A stretch of 31,135 nucleotides of DNA, from assembly GCA_964619725.1 (NCBI GenBank), contig CAZUFC010000044.1:12102-43236 (forward strand), in the 5' to 3' direction. Under the pieces are notes generated by a model. It made no database searches. It was not told the DNA's origin and saw only the letters and a list, made by a program, of their open reading frames with translations. A program made the position numbers and the translations under genes. This stretch comes from an uncultured bacterium. Its GTDB lineage: Bacteria; CSSED10-310; CAZUFC01. Positions 27,543 through 31,135 of the stretch are shown in pieces; the stretch's first letter is position 1; the number at the start of each line of letters is the position of its first letter.

Positions 27543-27599
27543 CAGCGCCTGTCCACAAACTCGAATGCCGGTAAATATTCAGTTACTGGACAGGCGCTG
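27543..27599. repeat. Perfect 13-bp inverted repeat with 31-nt loop (possible terminator or collapsed MITE)
   Basis: CAGCGCCTGTCCA (27543-27555) / TGGACAGGCGCTG (27587-27599), 11 nt after the stop codon. Confidence 0.6.
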
Positions 27600-27616
27600 A
27601 TTAAATTGAAATAATC

Positions 27617-27757
27617 GGGACTGATCAAATGGGAAGTCCACTGTTTGCGAATAGCTTCTTTTCTTATCCGTGGTAATGCGCGCTGTCCGTTGTTGCGAAC
27701 TCTTTGCAATCGTTACCGAAAAACGGCATATTTTAATCAGCGCTCAAAAATCCGTTA
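27617..27757 (-). repeat. Repeat family A, copy 3 (one GGGACTGATCA end plus module)
   Basis: GGGACTGATCAAA at 27617; 27656-27757 aligns with 12540-12643 (TTATCCGTG...TGTCCGT...ATATTT..ATCA.CGCT....TCCGTT). Confidence 0.65.
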
Positions 27758-28005
27758 ATCGAAAAATTTTCGATAAAACAGCCTTGTTTGACGGACGGTT
27801 CCAGGCTTCAAAAGGCGTTCAGAAACTATAAGTCTTTCCTAAAGCGCCAGAGAGACGCTTAGAGGATTGATGCCGAACCCGTTAGTCGGCAAAACTCCCA
27901 GGCAGCGGCGGAGCGATACGGACGGAAAGCGGCGCTGGACGGGAGGTCTAAACTGTGCTATGCCTCACATGAGAATCCTGAAGGGATTTTTAAGGAGCCG
28001 GACTT

Positions 28006-29283
28006 TTGTTTCTTAAGCCTGTTACAGATGTGAATTTCCTCGAGCAATACATGGATGCTTGTTCAACAGCCGGGAAATGCAGCAGGACAAAATTAAAAAT
28101 TGCTATGGTTGCTGCATGCCCGTTTCCGACTTCTCAAGGTTCTCAAGTCCTGATCAGGCAACTGGCCGAGACTTTTCACGCCAGAGGGCATGAGGTGCAT
28201 CTGGTGGTTTATCACTTGAGCGAACCGTTTTCGTTGCCGTGTCATTTCAGGATTCATCGCATACCCCGCGTTACAGCCTATTCGAAATTGCGCGCCGGGC
28301 CTTCATTTAAAAAACCGGTTCTCGACCTGGCCTTAACGATTAAATTGGCGAAAGTGATTCGGGAATTCGGGTTAAGCGTGATTTATGCGCATAACTATGA
28401 AGCCGCCCTGGCAGGGTTCCTGGTGAGGGAAAAGCTTAAGCTTCCGGTTCTTTATCACAGTCACAACGCAATGATTGATGAGTTGCATACTTACTTTAAA
28501 TCTCCTTTTTTCCGATCACTGGCGTTGAAAACCGCCGGCGTTCTGGATCGGAACATTCCGCCCAGGGCTGACTTCTGTATCGTGCTTAATGACACGCTTT
28601 CTCATTATCTGCTGAAAAAAGGGGTCTCCAGGCACAGGCATTTAATGGTACCGCCGGGAACATTTCCTGAAGAGTTTTTAAGAACCAACCAGGAAGAAGT
28701 CCGTGAGAAATTCAGGTTAAAGGGCCGATCTGTTGTTATCTATACCGGCAACCTGGACCGGTACCAGAATCTGGAATTATTGTTCAACGCTTTTGAGATG
28801 GCGGTTAAAGATATCCCGGAGGCATTGCTGCTGCTGGTCAGTCATTCCAAACCGGGAGAATATCAAAAACGGGCCGATAGAATTAAGGCGCCGGATTCCG
28901 TCAGATTCATTGAAAGTCATTCCTTTGAAGAAGTCGGCGACCTGCTGGGCGCGGCCGATTTGACGGTCATTCCCAGGACTTCCTGGTCGGGTTATCCCAT
29001 CAAGCTGCTGAACTACATGGCCGCAGGAAAGGCCGTTATCGCTTCTGAGGGTTCCGCCAAAGGCATTACGCACATGGAGAACGGATATGTAGTCGAAAAC
29101 AGGGACGTGAAGGGTCTGGCTGGAGGTATAAGGTTCCTGTTGAAGAATCCGGAAATAAGAACGGAATTAGGAAGATCAGCGCTGGAATGGGTAGAAAAAC
29201 ACCACAACTGGGACCGTATAGTGCAGAACATTGAAGAAGTCTGTCAGGCTTTAATTTACGGCGCGTATTATCAGAGAAAATGA
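28006..29283 (+). CDS. Glycosyltransferase family 4 (GT-B)
   Basis: KIAMVA..PFP, GHEVHLV, YTGNL..YQ, PIKLLNYMAAGKAVI and ENG motifs. TTG start follows AAGGAG; ATG 28051 is an alternative start. Confidence 0.92.
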   Translation: MFLKPVTDVNFLEQYMDACSTAGKCSRTKLKIAMVAACPFPTSQGSQVLIRQLAETFHARGHEVHLVVYHLSEPFSLPCHFRIHRIPRVTAYSKLRAGPSFKKPVLDLALTIKLAKVIREFGLSVIYAHNYEAALAGFLVREKLKLPVLYHSHNAMIDELHTYFKSPFFRSLALKTAGVLDRNIPPRADFCIVLNDTLSHYLLKKGVSRHRHLMVPPGTFPEEFLRTNQEEVREKFRLKGRSVVIYTGNLDRYQNLELLFNAFEMAVKDIPEALLLLVSHSKPGEYQKRADRIKAPDSVRFIESHSFEEVGDLLGAADLTVIPRTSWSGYPIKLLNYMAAGKAVIASEGSAKGITHMENGYVVENRDVKGLAGGIRFLLKNPEIRTELGRSALEWVEKHHNWDRIVQNIEEVCQALIYGAYYQRK

Positions 29284-29628
29284 TTTCGCATGCCGGCCGG
29301 CAGATGCTGCATGGCGGATACTCTCCGACAAAACTGTTACGATTTTCAATAATTTCGGCACAGCCCTGATCCTCTCTCCGATGTAAGGGCTATTGGGCAG
29401 TGATCAAATATCCTTGTTTCGAGGTTACAATTTTCGCATGCTGAAAATTGAAGGTCATTTATGAATTTTCTTGATGTTTAGATTGATTTATGATTACTCT
29501 AAAAGGCAGATTAGTCTCAGAATTCCAGAGACACCGGGTATCGCTGAGAACTTTGAGCATATAATCGATGAAAAATAAACAGGAGAGATAAAAAGTTTTA
29601 GACCGAGAGAAATGAAAAGGAGGATGAA

Positions 29629-30624
29629 ATGGCTGATTTAACAGTTTCTTATATGGGTTGTGAGTTGAGTAATCCTATCATTGCGGGCGCGAGCGAACTC
29701 ACGTCAGACATGGAAAATATCAGGAAGATAGAAAAGGCGGGCGCCGGCGCGCTGGTTATAAAATCTTTGTTTGAAGAACAGATACAATTAGAAAAGATGA
29801 AAATGGAGGAGGAGCTTCACCGGCACGACAATTATTATGCAGAGATGCTGACGGTGCATCCGGAAATAAAGCATTCGGGGGCTGACGAACATCTGATGTG
29901 GACGGAGAAGGCGAAAAAATCTGTAGGCATACCGGTATTCGGCAGTTTGAACTGCATAAACGAAGCGACCTGGGTGGATTATGCGAAAAAGATGGAGGAG
30001 ACCGGCATAGACGGCTTGGAATTGAATTTTTACATGACGCCGACGGACATGGAAAAAGGTGCGACGGAGATAGAAGATTCTCAGATCAGGACCCTGGAAG
30101 CCGTGAAGAAGGCTGTATCGCTGCCGCTCAGCGTTAAATTAAGTCCGTTTTATACGAATCCCCAGAATTTTATTTCAAGGGCGGATAAAACGGGTATCGG
30201 CGGAATAGTGTTGTTCAACCGGTTATTTCAGCCGGAAATAGACCTGGAAAGCGAAAAAAACGTTTTTCCCTTTAATTTAAGCGCACCTGTAGATCAAAGG
30301 TTGCCGTTAAGATATGCCGGATTGTTGTTCGAAAACGTCGATGCCGACGTTTGCGCGAGCACGGGATTGTTCTCCGGGACTCATGCAGCGAAAATGATAC
30401 TGGCCGGGGCATGTTGCGTACAGACGGTAAGCTCGCTTTATCGTCACGGAATTGAGCATATAGGGACGATGATAAAGCAGCTTGAGGATTGGATGAAAGG
30501 AAAGGGATATGGATCGCTGGCTGATTTCAGGGGCAAGATGAGCCGCAAGAATAATTCCGATCCCTGGGTTTACAAAAGATCGCAGTATGTCAGAATGCTG
30601 ATGAAGGGCAATCCGTTAGTGTGA
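29629..30624 (+). CDS. Dihydroorotate dehydrogenase-like FMN protein
   Basis: L.NPIIAGAS, KSLFEEQI, LELN, VKLSPFY, LFNR.FQP and ILAGA motifs; AGGAGG RBS; lacks the class-1 SCPN catalytic Cys. Confidence 0.9.
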   Translation: MADLTVSYMGCELSNPIIAGASELTSDMENIRKIEKAGAGALVIKSLFEEQIQLEKMKMEEELHRHDNYYAEMLTVHPEIKHSGADEHLMWTEKAKKSVGIPVFGSLNCINEATWVDYAKKMEETGIDGLELNFYMTPTDMEKGATEIEDSQIRTLEAVKKAVSLPLSVKLSPFYTNPQNFISRADKTGIGGIVLFNRLFQPEIDLESEKNVFPFNLSAPVDQRLPLRYAGLLFENVDADVCASTGLFSGTHAAKMILAGACCVQTVSSLYRHGIEHIGTMIKQLEDWMKGKGYGSLADFRGKMSRKNNSDPWVYKRSQYVRMLMKGNPLV

Positions 30625-30760
30625 CGTTGAAAATGCAGCCGGGGAGCGGACCGTGGCTGTCCCGGATAAAATGATGCCCTGTCGGGGATTTGGCGGACCC
30701 GATTGATCCGGCAGACATAGCGGACAAAACGTAAGAGTCGTAAAAGGCGTATTCAACGGC

Positions 30761-30816
30761 GCAGGGTTGCCGGTGTTATTGAAACTGGAGGATAATCCCG
30801 GCAACGCTGCATTTTT
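30761..30816 (+). terminator. Hairpin followed by T-run (possible terminator or structured repeat)
   Basis: GCAGgGTTGCCGG...CCGGCAACgCTGC followed by ATTTTT, 136 nt after the DHODH-like stop. Confidence 0.35.
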
Positions 30817-30934
30817 ATACGGCAAACCGGTTCAAACGTATCCGATGTCCCGGCTTTGAACTTTGAATCGTCCAGACGCCCAAACCGTCGACAGTCCAAC
30901 TGCCGACAACCTTGCCGTCGCCCTGGCTATGAAC

Positions 30935-31016
30935 TTCAGAACTCTTGACAAGGCTGTCACAATCTATTGAAAAAGTTTGATTTTCTTGCATTTCAACTCG
31001 GCATAATAATTGTGAA
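30935..31016. repeat. MITE-like family B, second (left-end) copy
   Basis: Ungapped match to 9670-9751: first 16 nt identical, about two-thirds identity overall by hand count. Confidence 0.6.
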
Positions 31017-31135
31017 GTTTTTAGCCCCCCTATATCCGGTGGAAGAGCGTTATTCGATTAATCAAAGGACCTGCGGGCGGTATCCGTACCAGGTTAAAGC
31101 GCTCATCTGATATAATTTCCACAGATTGTGATTTT

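Noticed and set aside
30630-30815. 10-bp inverted repeat AAAATGCAGC/GCTGCATTTT enclosing 186 bp as a riboswitch or ncRNA
   Set aside because: No recognisable RNA family motif and no second copy; only the inner hairpin is reported.
477-30825. Numerous 60-210 aa ORFs nested in or antisense to the called genes
   Set aside because: They overlap well-supported CDSs, lack RBSs and show no recognisable motifs.

Overview
About 31 kb of bacterial chromosome from a diderm (outer-membrane barrel, sigma-54 activator, IPTL-CTERM-like sorting tail), probably an anaerobe; the taxon cannot be fixed from this window. From left to right: (1) the 3' part of a collagen-repeat/LamG surface protein and a small hypothetical gene. 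(2) A minus-strand operon: fold-type-II PLP enzyme, DUF1611 (DgcN-like), a PP-loop ATPase-creatininase fusion, an enolase-family dipeptide epimerase (DgcA/AEE-like), then an NtrC-type activator with a degenerate receiver. (3) A repeat-rich intergenic zone with candidate sigma-54 promoters, an unannotated 30-aa membrane peptide and a GGA-rich candidate sRNA, then a radical SAM/SPASM gene bracketed by inverted MITE-like repeats. (4) A four-gene operon: non-canonical LysA-like decarboxylase, urea transporter-sirtuin fusion, outer-membrane barrel, TPR lipoprotein. (5) The housekeeping run def-fmt-rsmB-PASTA-rpe with a BpsA-like polyamine synthase appended. (6) A secreted beta-helix protein, a GT4 glycosyltransferase and a DHODH-like flavoprotein. 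The best candidates for undescribed systems are the decarboxylase / urea transporter-sirtuin operon and the expanded DgcN/DgcA-like operon with its PP-loop-creatininase fusion. No rRNA, tRNA, CRISPR array or transposase was seen. All family calls come from motif recognition by eye, not database searches.
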